This document shows, piece after piece, positions 48,365 through 60,306 of a DNA stretch of 64,000 nucleotides; position 1 is the stretch's first letter; the number at the start of each line of letters is the position of its first letter. The position numbers and the translations under genes are program-made. The stretch is from Blepharisma stoltei ATCC 30299 (lineage: Eukaryota > Protista > Ciliophora). The DNA lies in NCBI GenBank assembly GCA_965603825.1, contig CBFDEM010000046.1:186001-250000 (forward strand), given 5' to 3'. The notes under the pieces are model-generated. The model saw only the letters and a program-made list of their open reading frames with translations, was not told the origin of the DNA and made no database searches.

Positions 48365-48537
48365 GGAAGGGACTAATAGTAATAATATTGATATACATTA
48401 TATTAAATCAAATGGAAAAGAATGCATTTTTAATCTTAATCAGCTCACAGAATTAAGTTAATGCTTATTATTATAATAAAAATTAATAGATAAATTAATC
48501 CAAAAATTAAATTACTTTCTATTGTTTAAAATAATAA

Positions 48538-49005
48538 ATGAAGCCTTCCCAAGACACAAATCAACAAAGAAAATTTTTGTTCAAGTGTAAATTATCAACA
48601 TTTTTATTAGAAGCACTTGTAAACTCAATATTAAAAGAAAGATTCAGTATGATAAATCCGTCAATAAGATGTGATAGCTGCTATTATTATGAGAGCGGTG
48701 ATGGACTTGACAGTTCTGAAATCAGCATATATAATGATAATTTAAGGCAAACATTGAAGGGCCTGGGATTATCTAATGGATCCAATGTACACTGTAATGA
48801 CTTTGACAAAGATGGCTCAATTATTATGGAGCTTTTGGATTCCAATGAAGAATCATTTGAGATAAATGAAGTATTAATATCAAATGAAAACAGATTAAAA
48901 CAGCAAAAAACTACAGAGAACCAAGAGAATAATATAATCGGATCATTAAAGAGAAAAAAGGATATTTCTCATGAAATAGGTATCAAGTTAAGAAAATTAA
49001 TGTAA
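48538..49005 (+). CDS. Stand-alone SAE2/UBA2-type C-terminal ubiquitin-fold domain with basic tail
   Basis: ILKERFSMINPSI..YESGDGLD..YNDNLRQTL..LGLSNGS..NDF matches the recalled SUMO-E1 UFD pattern; KRKK NLS-like tail. Confidence 0.65.
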   Translation: MKPSQDTNQQRKFLFKCKLSTFLLEALVNSILKERFSMINPSIRCDSCYYYESGDGLDSSEISIYNDNLRQTLKGLGLSNGSNVHCNDFDKDGSIIMELLDSNEESFEINEVLISNENRLKQQKTTENQENNIIGSLKRKKDISHEIGIKLRKLM

Positions 49006-49218
49006 AAATTTAATTAAAGTCAATTAATTCTTAATCAAAATGCAGCTTATTTATATTTTCTCAGAGCTTTTGTTAACAAAAAAAATTCAAATTTAATAAA
49101 GTAATCAGAATTATTACTATCTAAAGCTGACCAAATCATTTATTATGCATCCTATCTCTTTCTTTGATTAGCTACACAAAAATTCCAAAATTAATATTAA
49201 TGCATTACTTATAATAAA

Positions 49219-50868
49219 ATGCTGCCTGGGAACCAAGCTCCTGTGATTGTTCTTAACCAGAACACTCAGCGTGAAGAAGGAAAAAAGGCCCAGCTAGCCA
49301 ACATCCGAGCTGCAAAAGCTGTCGCCGACATCATTAGAACCACTCTCGGTCCAAAATCCATGCTGAAAATGCTTCTTGACCCAATGGGTGGAATCGTTCT
49401 AACAAATGATGGCAATGCTATCCTCAGAGAAATTGACGTGAAGCACCCTGCAGCCAAAACAATGATCGACCTTAGCCGCACCCAAGACGAAGAAGTCGGA
49501 GATGGCACAACTTCAGTCATCATCCTTGCTGGCGAGCTCATGGGAGTCTCAGAGCCTTTCCTCACCCAAAAAATCCACCCAATCAACGTCGTAAGTGCTT
49601 ACTTCAAAGCCTTAGAAGCCGCCTTAAAAGCAGCTGACTCCATTTCAAAACTCGTATCAATCGAAGACAAAGAAACCCTTTCAGTGATCGCCCAAAGCTG
49701 CATTGGGACCAAATTTTCCAGCAGATGGGGAAACCTGATTGTTGACCTTGCTACCGATGCTGTAAAAACTGTCTACATCAATAACAACGGAAAGGTAGAA
49801 GTTGATGTCAAAAGATATGCAAAAATCGAAAAAATCCCTGGAGGAGATATTGAAGAATCCAGAGTGCTGAGAGGAGTGATGTTTAACAAAGACGTGACCC
49901 ATCCAAAAATGAGGAGGTTTATTGAGAACCCAAGAGTCATTTTACTTGATTGTCCACTGGAGTATAAAAAGGCAGAGTCCATGACTAATGTGGAAATGAC
50001 AAAGGAAGAAGATTTTAACACACTTTTGAGACTTGAAGAGGAAGAAGTTGAAAAACTTTGCCAAGCAATCATGAGGCTTAATCCAGATGTCGTCATAACT
50101 GAAAAAGGAGTTTCTGACTTAGCTCAGCACTATTTCTTAAAACAAAATATTTCAGTGATTAGAAGAATTAGGAAGACAGATAACAATAGAATTGCTAGAG
50201 TTAGTGGTGCCACAATTGTAAACAGACCTGAAGAGCTGCAAGAAAGTGATGTAGGAACCAAATGCCATAGGTTCGAAATCAAGCTTATAGGAGACGAATA
50301 TTACACCTTCATGGAAGAATGTGAAGACCCTAAAGCTTGCTCTATCTTACTTAGAGGTGCGACTAAAGATGTCCTTAACGAAATTGAAAGAAATATGCAC
50401 GATGCTATGTCAGTCGCAAGAAATGTCATGATTGAGCCAAAACTTGTCCCAGGCGGTGGAGCTGTCGAAATGCACGTTGCCAATGAGCTCACAAAAATAG
50501 GCAGAACCATTGAAGGAATCGAACAGCTACCTTTCCAAGCAGTAGCTCAGGCCTTTGAAATCATTGCAAGAACTTTAGCTCAAAACTGCGGCTGCAATGT
50601 AGTTAGAACTGTGACTGAATTAAGAGCAAAACACGCTGAAGATAACGTAGACGCACCATTTTGGGGGATTGACGGCAATTCTGGGAAAATTGCTGATATG
50701 AGAGTTGTAGGAGTTTGGGAACCTTTGGCTGTAAAGAAGCAGACCTTTAAGACTGCAATTGAGGCAGCTTGTATGCTTTTGAGGATTGATGAAGTCGTCA
50801 GTGGAATTTCTAAGCCTGAGAAAAAGAGTGGACCAGTCGCAGCAGCCCCTGAAGAAATGGAAGCTTAA
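49219..50868 (+). CDS. CCT3: T-complex protein 1 gamma subunit
   Basis: [39 protein letters not shown]. Confidence 0.97.
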   Translation: MLPGNQAPVIVLNQNTQREEGKKAQLANIRAAKAVADIIRTTLGPKSMLKMLLDPMGGIVLTNDGNAILREIDVKHPAAKTMIDLSRTQDEEVGDGTTSVIILAGELMGVSEPFLTQKIHPINVVSAYFKALEAALKAADSISKLVSIEDKETLSVIAQSCIGTKFSSRWGNLIVDLATDAVKTVYINNNGKVEVDVKRYAKIEKIPGGDIEESRVLRGVMFNKDVTHPKMRRFIENPRVILLDCPLEYKKAESMTNVEMTKEEDFNTLLRLEEEEVEKLCQAIMRLNPDVVITEKGVSDLAQHYFLKQNISVIRRIRKTDNNRIARVSGATIVNRPEELQESDVGTKCHRFEIKLIGDEYYTFMEECEDPKACSILLRGATKDVLNEIERNMHDAMSVARNVMIEPKLVPGGGAVEMHVANELTKIGRTIEGIEQLPFQAVAQAFEIIARTLAQNCGCNVVRTVTELRAKHAEDNVDAPFWGIDGNSGKIADMRVVGVWEPLAVKKQTFKTAIEAACMLLRIDEVVSGISKPEKKSGPVAAAPEEMEA

Positions 50869-50963
50869 GATAATGAATAACCATTTAGTATTTCATATGG
50901 CTGGAAAAATAGTCCGCTAGATAGTTAATAATATTAAGAGCCAATTGTGGGAACTAGCTTACT

Positions 50964-52205
50964 TTAAAGTTTTGGCTTGGGATTTAGAAGCTCAACTGTC
51001 TTATTGCAAATTTTCTTGATGTCTTTTAAAGGAACGTCTTTATGTAGTGGTAAGTAAACCAATTTTTCGAACATATCTATAGCATTTTTTGGTTGTGTAT
51101 AGCTATCCCCAATTGGTGCTTCTACACAATTCAATTGAGAAATTCCTTTGTAAGCATCAATTCCAGCTTTGTTTAAGTCTTTATATGCTTTTAAGGTCTC
51201 ATCAGCCATAATTGGATAAAGTCAATAGGTTCTATCTCTTTGTGCATATCCAGGAACAGTTACTCCTCCAGCAGTTAAAATATCAGTACCTTCCTGAATG
51301 CCTCTATTCAGCTTAAAAAACTTTTCTGCATTAAAAATAGCCAGTCTTCTATACATAAAAGATAGCATAGCTGCGCATGGCTGATATCTATATACTTCTA
51401 ATCCTTTCCCTGGTGGAAATCCTCTCATAAGCCCGACGACTCTTTTTTTATAGTCAAAGCCTATTTTCATCAGAGGAGGTCTTAGTACATGGTTGAGCCC
51501 TTGCCAATTTAAATAAATAAGCCCTGCTGAATATTTCAATACTTTTTTGAAATAAGTTTTGGTTGGCTGCACAGGGTAGGACTGATGGATCCTTTTAATC
51601 TGGCTCAGCAGCTGTGGGTTATTCCTTATAATCATAACAGCGCCTTGAAAAGCAGTTGCTGTTTTTATAGGTCCAAAGCTAAAAACTGTTATATCAGCGT
51701 TAGGATCGCCTGAGAAATTCCTTCCACAGAACCCTTCTGCACAGTCTTCGAAGAGTGGGATGCCATGCTTTTTTGCAACCTTTGAAATTCCAGCAAGGGA
51801 GTATCTGGTACCATATGTTTCAGCAATGATAATTAGGCCTGTCTTTTTGGTAATCGCAGCTTCTACTCTTTCAGGGGTAGTTTGCAATGTGTCAATATCG
51901 ATGTCAACTGGTACAGGGATATATCCATACTTTCTCACTATTCTGACCATCTCGGGGATGTTGATGGCTGACATAATGATTTCTGTGCCGATTGGAAGGT
52001 TCAAGGCTTGCAGATAAAGGTCAAACGCAGATCGCACACATAATGTAATTATTACATTGCCTTCAGCTGAGAATAAACGTGAAATTTTGGGTTTTAATTG
52101 GTTAGAGGTTTCAGAAGTATAGATTGCCCGCTTCATTGCCCTGAACCACTCCGCCCAGGTGCAGTCAATGCTGAGGCAAGCATATGGATAGACCTTTTGA
52201 AACAT
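50964..52205 (-). CDS. DegT/DnrJ/EryC1/StrS-family PLP-dependent aminotransferase-like protein (413 aa)
   Basis: PVPVDID, EDCAEGF, SFGPIK (PLP lysine), VYLPL. TGA 51222=W joins the two ORFs. Confidence 0.85.
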
Positions 52206-52613
52206 ATTGCCTTCCTATTTATTGCAGATTAAAATAAGTTAGGGTTATTATTCAAGAATAGGCTGTTTTATTTTAATTTAGTTTTATGGTAAAAGGGAAA
52301 AAATATTAAATTTTTTGAATAAATAAGATTAATAAGATAAAAGATTAGGATTTAAAAAAATTTATTTATAAAATAGGATTATATTTGATATAAACTTAAT
52401 TTTATATATTCAACTAGCTTAATTAAATTGCTTGGCGCGCTTATTAATTTTCACCTTTTCTTAAATTTAGATATTAATAATTTTTAAGGTGAATAATTTC
52501 GTATTAATTTTATTTGATAATATTTTAGTTATTAAGATGACCATAAATAATGACTATGAAATGGTAAAATTGGAAAACCCTTAATCATATTCCTAAAGAT
52601 ATAGCTAATTATT

Positions 52614-54653
52614 CTAATTTGACAATTTTAACGTTTTCGTTTCATTCTCTTCCTCAAAGTCGCTATCATGCGATCTTTTTTCCCCTGAATCCAAATTAAA
52701 AAGCGGATCATTCGAAAACTCAAAATCTGAGTCTAATTCAAAATCCCCCATCCCAACTTTGCATGTAGGATTCATTAAATCTTCTAGTGCTTCATTCTCA
52801 TTTCCATCAAGAGCACTTACAATTACAGTCAACTTAGAGTGTATCTTTGGCCATATATACTCATCTAAAGTTCCAGGCCCAAACAAATAATGAATATTAA
52901 CCACTTTTTGCTGCCCCAGCCTATGTGCTCTATCCTCAGCTTGTATCATAAACCCAGGTGTCCAAACCATTTCAGCCATCACCACAATCGACGCAGCTGT
53001 CAGTGTAATTCCTTGTCCTGCTGACAAAATCCCTAAAATAGCGACTCTGCAGTCTTTGACATTTTGAAAAGTATTGACACCTTTATGTCTTTGTTCCATA
53101 TTCGTGCTCCCATCAATTCTAATATACCCAGTCTTCTCCTTTTCTACTTGGTCTTGAATTGCATCAAGCATTTCCATGTGATGTCCGAATATAATAAATT
53201 TGCATTCACTTTGTATTAAATAGCTAACGTACTCGCAAACTCCTTTCATTTTGGCTCTTGCGGTCAAATTATATGCTTTAGTTAAAAATAAATCCCCTTC
53301 AGTCTTTTCTTCACCTAATTCTGAAGGTTCTTTAGCTTTTTTCTTCATATCATAAAAAGATTTTTTTATCTTTTGGCAATGCTCGTGCACAACTGGAATT
53401 TCGACCTTTTGTCTGATTTTTTCAGGTAATTGGGAGAGGACATCTGATTTAAGTCTTCTGATCATAATTGTGTTCGATATTAAGACATGAAGCTCTCTCA
53501 TATGAGAAGCTCCAGAATAGTCCATTCGTTTGAAAATTATTTTGGGATCGCAGTATCTTTCTGCAAATGCTCTGAAGCTTGGAAATATGTCAGGACGAAT
53601 GCATGATAATTGTGTAAAAAGCTCTGCTGGCCTTGAAAGAACTGGAGTACCGCTTAGCAGAATAGCTCTTTTTGCTTTTTGTATAAATGGGACTAAAAAT
53701 TTGGTCCTTTTCGCATTAAAATTTTTTAGATAGTGCGACTCGTCTGCTATGATGACATTAAATGATTTTTCAACTAATAAAGATTCAATATTAGTCGCAA
53801 GTGTGTATGAGATTATTCATATTTTTGCATTGGATTTGCAATTCTTGCTGTTTTGGATCACATTAAAATCTTTAGGTGTTAAATTTGGGACTCATTTTAA
53901 AAATTCATCCCTCCAATTCAGTTTAACTGATGCAGGGCATATCACTAATACTGGTCATTCGTCTTCATAACAAGCCGCTATGGAGACTCCTTGTATTGTT
54001 TTACCTACACCCATTTCATCTCCAATTAAAGCTCTTCCATAGCGTTCTAATGCAAATTTCACGCCTTCTTTTTGAAAAGGATACAGCTTACTAATAAAAT
54101 CTTCTCCTAAACTTTCAATCGTCCTTTCGCTTTCCAATTCATACTTATGAGGACATTTCTTGCAAAAAGCTATTTTGGGGCTAAGTAATCCTTTTGTTAC
54201 GAACTCAGGAAGTTCTTTAAATGTCAGCTTATCTATTAATCTTGCCTTGTCTCGGAATTCTTGGTATTTATTGATAGAAATCACTCAGCCGCTTTGCTCT
54301 TTATTAAATTCGCCTCCAGAAGTAATGATAGCAGTTCTGAGATTTTTCGAAGCAAACACACTTGTTTTCATTAATAGCTCATCTTTTGTAAATAATTCAA
54401 TTGAAACTGTATTTTTACGTTCTTCCTCTACAATATCCTGATCGCTTTGCTCAAAATTCAGTTTCACTTGGTTCAGTTTTCGCTCTGAGCTTGGCACACT
54501 ATTTGAAGTTTTATGGCTCTGGATAAATTGCGCCTTCCTCTTAAGCGCTTCTTCTCTTTTCTTCATTAAATTTGCAAGTCTTTCAGGGGTCATTTCGCTG
54601 TTCTGTGGCTTATTTTTTTGAAATTCTACGCTTAACTTGGATTTTTCTGACAT
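52614..54653 (-). CDS. SMARCAL1: SMARCAL1/HARP-like SNF2 annealing helicase (679 aa)
   Basis: DEMGVGKT, DESH, LLSGTP, RIDGST, QAEDRAHRLGQ; four TGA=W; start MSEKSK at 54653. Confidence 0.85.
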
Positions 54654-54722
54654 TGATATATATGATCCCAATTTACATGCTAAAAATCCTTCATATTTTG
54701 AAAAAGATAATCTTATCTGATA

Positions 54723-55298
54723 ATGGCTAAAATGAGGATGGAATATGACGAAGACTTTAAAGAAGACGAAAAGCTTGCAAAGCGAGCTCAAAGAGAGAAA
54801 GAGGCAAAAGAAAAAAAGGATAAGGAGCTTGAAGAAAGGAAAAAGAAGAGAGAAATAAGGGAAAATGAAAATAAAGAATATGAAAGATGGCTTCTAGGAA
54901 AAAATCCGAAACCTACAAAAGAAATTCAGAAGACTGCAGAGCAAAAGGAGAGTTTAAGAAGAAGAAAGAAATTAAATGAGATTCTTGGCAATTTAAAGAG
55001 GATTGATCAGGATATTAATCCAAATCATAAAAAAAAGGAAAATACTAATTGGAATTATAATAATGATTACCATAATGAAGAAGAAGAAGATGAAGTCAAA
55101 AAACAATCAAAAAATGAGCATGTAGGGGCATGGGATAGATATTCATTGCATACAGTGTCTAAGCTGAATTATCCAGCTGTAAAGGATAACTGTAAGCCTA
55201 AGCTTACTCAAAGCTTTGCAAAACCCCAGAAATATGCTAATTATAACCTTCCAATTCAGATGATGAAAGCTAAAGCCTTAAAAGCCGCAGCCAATTAA
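54723..55298 (+). CDS. Hypothetical charged protein (191 aa)
   Basis: ATG..TAA ORF, K/E-rich coiled coil. Confidence 0.7.
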   Translation: MAKMRMEYDEDFKEDEKLAKRAQREKEAKEKKDKELEERKKKREIRENENKEYERWLLGKNPKPTKEIQKTAEQKESLRRRKKLNEILGNLKRIDQDINPNHKKKENTNWNYNNDYHNEEEEDEVKKQSKNEHVGAWDRYSLHTVSKLNYPAVKDNCKPKLTQSFAKPQKYANYNLPIQMMKAKALKAAAN

Positions 55299-55381
55299 AA
55301 ACTTTTGGTTACTATAAAAAACAAAATAATTTAACAGATTTACAATTAAAAAAAATTCAATACAAAATCTTTTTTAATTTA

Positions 55382-57205
55382 TTAAGATTCAACTGTCGAA
55401 TTTGAATGCTTTCCAATTTTTCTTGCAGTGAGCTTAATTTGAAAGCTTGGGTTTTGAATTATTTGTTCATCCATGCTCATTTTAATAAAGTGATTAGTGG
55501 TTTGTCCTCTTAGAAGAGTAATTTTATTTACAGAGCTCACCTTTGGAATAATCGAATTATTTTCATCAGTAAACCATTGATGCTTCAAGGCTTCTTTTGC
55601 GGTGATTCTTTTATTGGGATCTCATTCAAAGCATCTTAATACCAATTCAATAAATTCTGCATCAGCCCCTCTCAATATTTCTCTAATATTTTTGGTACCT
55701 GGATATCTTTTTTTCCCTCTGGAATTAGCAACAATCTTAGGCTCGTTATTTGAGCTGAAAAACAGTTTTTTCCTTGTCGATCTCAAAAGTAAATCTTCAC
55801 TAGGCAGTCCTAGCATTTCCATCATTAATAATAGCTGCTCAGCTTCATTTTCGCCTGGGAAAATTGGTCTTCCTATATAAAGTTCAACTAAAATACACCC
55901 AAAACTCCACATATCAATTGCAGGAGTATAAGGAATTCCTAGTATAATTTCAGGCGCACGATAAAATCTGCTTTGAATATATGTATATAATTGCTTATCA
56001 GTAAAGCAAGATGAACCAAAGTCAATGATTTTTATACTAGACCTATTCGAATTTTTTAATAAAATATTTTCTGGCTTTAAATCACAGTGGACAATTTGGT
56101 TTTTTTCTAGGAGCTTAAGAGCTTTAAGAATCTGAACCCCAAACCGGCGGATGAGGGAGAAAGATAATCCTTGGAAATTGTTTAATTTTAGGAATTCATA
56201 AAGATTATTCCCGAGCAGCTCAAAAGTCATACACTAAATAAAAATTACAGCATGATGTCTAAAGGTAAAATAACTTTCAATATGGACAACGTTATATTTA
56301 TCTTTCTCATCTTTTTTCCTTAAAAACTTCAACACTTCTATTTCAACTTCCGCCTGTTTTTGGAATTTTGCTTTACTTTTAATTATTTTTAGTGCAAGGA
56401 GGTTTTTCCTTTTATGGTCATACACTTTTAAAACCTGCCCAAAGCTGCCTTTTCCAATTCTATCAATGATTTCATATCTATAAGCAATATGGTCACACAT
56501 AACTATTTCATAATCTCCGCCTTCATTATCATAGCCATAATTGAAATGAGATTTTGGGTTTGGCTTAACTTTTTTTGAGTTTAGCCCGATATAATAAATA
56601 TTCGTATACTTTAAAATTTCTCCTTGCTCATACTCAGTCAATTTATCTTTAAAAAGTTTCAGTATAGTCCCAGGGGTTGCAGGCAATTCAATAGTTTCCC
56701 ACAGTGTTTTTTCATTTCTTGAAGTATTATTGCTTGACTGGCTTCTTTCAAGTGATTTAGATGAAGCTGAATTGTTATTTTTCGCTAATGAAACTTCTTT
56801 AGAAGATAATGGTCTTGTAATGAAATTTATCGTTTTTATCTGAGCAGAACTCGTACTGACTGATGCATTATGGATAGAAGCGTTTGTATTTGAAATTTGC
56901 GCATCTACTTTGGTGCTCAATGATGGGTTGTGGATTGATTTGCCAAGATTCATCAATGGGTTAACTTTTATTTTAGGTTGGACTGTTTGGTCAGTTGAAG
57001 CAGTTTTCTTAGGTTTTAAGCTGGAATTCAGGAATAAAGAAGGCTTAGAATTTTTTGAATTGCTGTGGGCTGGGGAATTCATATTGAAAGTTTTATATTT
57101 GCTTGAGCTCGCACGCGTTGTGCTTGGCCTCAATGTGATTTTTCCTTGCACTTTATCCGTTTTGGGAGTTTCAGGTTGATTTTTTGTAAACCTCAGCATT
57201 GCCAT
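55382..57205 (-). CDS. DYRK-family kinase (class 2), 1 intron
   Basis: GKGSFGQV, HCDLKPEN, DFGSSC, YTYIQSRFYRAPE. Intron at 56234-56248; TGA 55622=W (WDP). Confidence 0.95.
56234..56248 (-). other. 15-nt intron GTAATTTTTATTTAG (DYRK)
   Basis: Splicing gives the conserved FRHHACMTFELL. Confidence 0.93.
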
Positions 57206-57234
57206 AGCTAATAAAATGTAATATATATATAAAT

Positions 57235-58020
57235 ATGATAACGCTTAATAAAGACGCCAAACTCAAACTAAGACCTAACACCTCTTATATAGCAAACAAG
57301 CCGAAGTTGAATTTAAGCTGCTTTACCCAGAGTTTTGTAAAAGAAAGAGATAATATGATTAAGCTTCGAAAATATGAGACCCATCATTGGCTAAAACTTC
57401 ATGGAAGAGGCATGTTTATTGATTTTGATAGCTACCAAAGATCGAAACTTAAAGGAATTTTTAATGATTTAGACGATGATGGGTCAGGCTCATTAGGAAT
57501 TGACGAGTTATATGAGCCACTACTTGCGCTTGGTTTGGTGGAAAGTAAAGAAGATGTACAATATTTAGTGAATATGGTAGATATTGATAAGTCAGGGTTA
57601 ATTGAGTTTGAAGAATTTATAAAAATATTGACAGCTGCTAAAGGAAACCAAGGAGAAAATTTATTAGTGCAATTTTTCAAAGATTTGGTAAATGGGAGGA
57701 TTTTTCAAGAGTATAAAGATCTGCCTTTTAAATTATTGATTTCTAATAGGAGAAGAGAAATTATGCTGCAGAGCTATATGGGAACGACAAACTCAGAAAA
57801 AGAAAAGGGGTTTAGGATTTTAACAGCTTTTGCGAACGTGCTTAGAGACAGGGATATGCAGATCCCTAAATCTGAAATGCTTATAAATAAAAGGAATAAA
57901 ATAGGGATGCAAACAAATCAAGGAATTAAAGGTATCATAAGAAGCCGCTTTAAACGAGGCTCGTTTAAAATTCGCGCACAAAACAAATTTGCAAGGTCAA
58001 ACTCTGTAAAATTATACTAA
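57235..58020 (+). CDS. EF-hand protein (261 aa)
   Basis: DDDGSGSLGIDE and DIDKSGLIEFEE loops. Confidence 0.88.
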   Translation: MITLNKDAKLKLRPNTSYIANKPKLNLSCFTQSFVKERDNMIKLRKYETHHWLKLHGRGMFIDFDSYQRSKLKGIFNDLDDDGSGSLGIDELYEPLLALGLVESKEDVQYLVNMVDIDKSGLIEFEEFIKILTAAKGNQGENLLVQFFKDLVNGRIFQEYKDLPFKLLISNRRREIMLQSYMGTTNSEKEKGFRILTAFANVLRDRDMQIPKSEMLINKRNKIGMQTNQGIKGIIRSRFKRGSFKIRAQNKFARSNSVKLY

Positions 58021-58032
58021 TTTTTTGTAAAT

Positions 58033-58737
58033 TTATGGTAATCCTAACTTTTCTTTAACTTTTACTGAAAGCTGTGGATAATCAGCAACCCCTCCATATG
58101 GGCTAAACTCAATTAATTTTCCTTTTTCCGCAAAATATTTTTCTAGTGGCAGTGTGTGAACTTGAAAAGTGAAAAGTCTTTTCTGTATAACACTCCTTGT
58201 GTCATCTTTCCTAGTAATTAAATTTCCTCCACAATTGTCACATTTTCCTTTTACCTTTGGCTTCATAGATGGCAATTTATGTCCTTCATATTCAATATTT
58301 GCTAAATTATATGTTGATCCGCATGACTCACAAACTCTTCTTGCTAACGTTTTCTTAATAATTACTTCTTCGTGCTGCTTTAAGCTGACTACTAAATCAT
58401 ATTGAAAATCGCACATTTCCATGATTTCACATTCTGTAGCAGTTCTGGGGTATCCGTCAATGATAAATCCTCTTGAAGTGTCAAGATCTTTAAGTTTGTG
58501 AATCATTATAGCCCATGCCAGACCATCGTTAATAAGCTTGCCTTTAGTGACATCTTTTGCAATATCAATATAGACTTGAGATAAGCTCTCTTGAGCAGCA
58601 ATTTTTCTGATTTCATCACCTACAGTCAAAATTGGGATGCTAAATTCTTTAGAAAGCCTGCATTAATTTTACAATTTTCCAAATGTGCCTTTGCCGACTC
58701 CTGGTGGGCCCATCATTAAGAGCTTAATCGCTTTCAT
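58033..58737 (-). CDS. Adenylate kinase with Zn-type LID, 1 intron
   Basis: P-loop GPPGVGKGT in exon 1, GFIIDGYPRT, CESC..CDNC, RKDD. Intron at 58658-58672. Confidence 0.93.
58658..58672 (-). other. 15-nt intron GTAAAATTAATGCAG (adenylate kinase)
   Basis: Removes in-frame TAA codons and joins GTFGKL-LSKEF. Confidence 0.9.
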
Positions 58738-58813
58738 TTTATTTCCTAAGAATCATTAATTAGATATAAATGGAGATATAGTTGTAATGCAAAGATATAT
58801 TTTGATTTTTTAC

Positions 58814-59218
58814 TTATTTGCTATTATACTTTGAAGGCTGATGTTCCGCCTGCGATTCAGTCTGAATTCCAATGTGCTTCCAATTCGGCTGCTGAATAAA
58901 ATTACATGTTTGTGCAAACCTATCATAAGTATTATGTGGATAAATTGTATTATCTGGATTATTAGCTTCGTCCGAAAGGTATTCTTTAAGCATTTCAACC
59001 ACTATATTTTCTGTCAACCCAAAGTGACGAGCTGCATTTCGTGCATTTTTTTTCATGGCTCTTTCAAGGATTTTTTCACGGAGTCTGCGGAATAGTTTGG
59101 AATCTTGAAAATTCATCAGTTTTATTCATCGAGTGAGTAGTTCTGGAGTAATGTTAAGTTCTTTGCTTGCTTTGGGGACTCCAACCAGCATAGCGTAGGT
59201 AGCTTTTTCTTCTTGCAT
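58814..59218 (-). CDS. Small protein with two putative helix-turn-helix motifs (134 aa)
   Basis: GVPKASKELNITPELLTRW(TGA)IK and NARNAARHFGLTENIV. Confidence 0.6.
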
Positions 59219-59368
59219 TTTAATATTCCATTAAAAGTCATCAGGGAAATAATGGGCATATTTTAAAATTGAACCTTAAAGTATATCGATGCTAAATGCA
59301 TTAATTTAATAAAAATTCAAAATATACAAAGATTAACAATTTTCCAAATATATAACTCACGATTATGA

Positions 59369-59983
59369 TTAGAACGTAACTTGATCTTGCTCAACCTTCT
59401 GTGGTGCGCTTGGCAAGTATGAAGGAACTTTAAGCGAGCTTCTTGACATATCCTCCTGCAAAAGTTCTTCATCAAGTTCTTCCAGCTCTTTCTCAAGCTC
59501 AGTCTCATCAATTCCATCCAATGCATAATTTCTGCTCATGACTTCGTTAATTTCTTCAGTGTCGAATTGGAGATCTGCAATATCGTCCATAAGGTTTTCG
59601 ACATCATTGATTTTTATTTGCTTCAACTGCTGAGTTTGGACTTGATGGGCTGCTTTCATTGCACTGACAGCATTAATTGTGTCTTGGATGCCTTGGGTTT
59701 GGAAGCTCATCTGCTCTACGTTGAACTGTTGGCCTAGTAGGTTGTCCAACTGCTGCTGGTACATTTTTCTTCGTTTCAGCACTTGTACGGCTCGTTGTTT
59801 AGCTATTGAGGAACTTGTTCCTCTTGAGCGTTTTATTTCTTCTTTGAGCTGAGCTAGATCTTTGTCACATTCTGCGACCTTTTCCCTGAGTCCTTGCACC
59901 CTTTTGTCCATGCTTTGACTTGTTTCGTCCAGTGATGGAGGGGGAGGTCCTGGTTGCTTCTTTCCTCCGAATAGTCGTCTCAT
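59369..59983 (-). CDS. CHMP5: ESCRT-III subunit CHMP5/Vps60
   Basis: MRRLFG, KQRAVQVLKRRKMYQQQ..QQFNVEQ, IDETELEKEL. Confidence 0.93.
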   Translation of the reverse strand: MRRLFGGKKQPGPPPPSLDETSQSMDKRVQGLREKVAECDKDLAQLKEEIKRSRGTSSSIAKQRAVQVLKRRKMYQQQLDNLLGQQFNVEQMSFQTQGIQDTINAVSAMKAAHQVQTQQLKQIKINDVENLMDDIADLQFDTEEINEVMSRNYALDGIDETELEKELEELDEELLQEDMSRSSLKVPSYLPSAPQKVEQDQVTF

Positions 59984-60306
59984 TTTATTTATTCTACTGC
60001 CATTATTTAGGATTTTTGAGATTAGATAAGGAGTATATTTAAATTTTGTGATCAAAACTATATGGTTTTGCATTTATTATTTTCCTTCAAGATGTATTTA
60101 TTATCATGGCCACTAGTTTCCTTGGATAAAGAAATTTTATAGGTTGAAATACCAAATAAAGTTATTAATTAATTTTGCTATAATGTGAGAAATAAGTTTT
60201 TATTTTTAATAGAGAGAAATATTTAAGTGTTTATTGTTTATACAAATTCATTCTACAGTTTCCAAACAATTTATTACTAAATTGAATTTTTACATTTAAA
60301 CAACTT

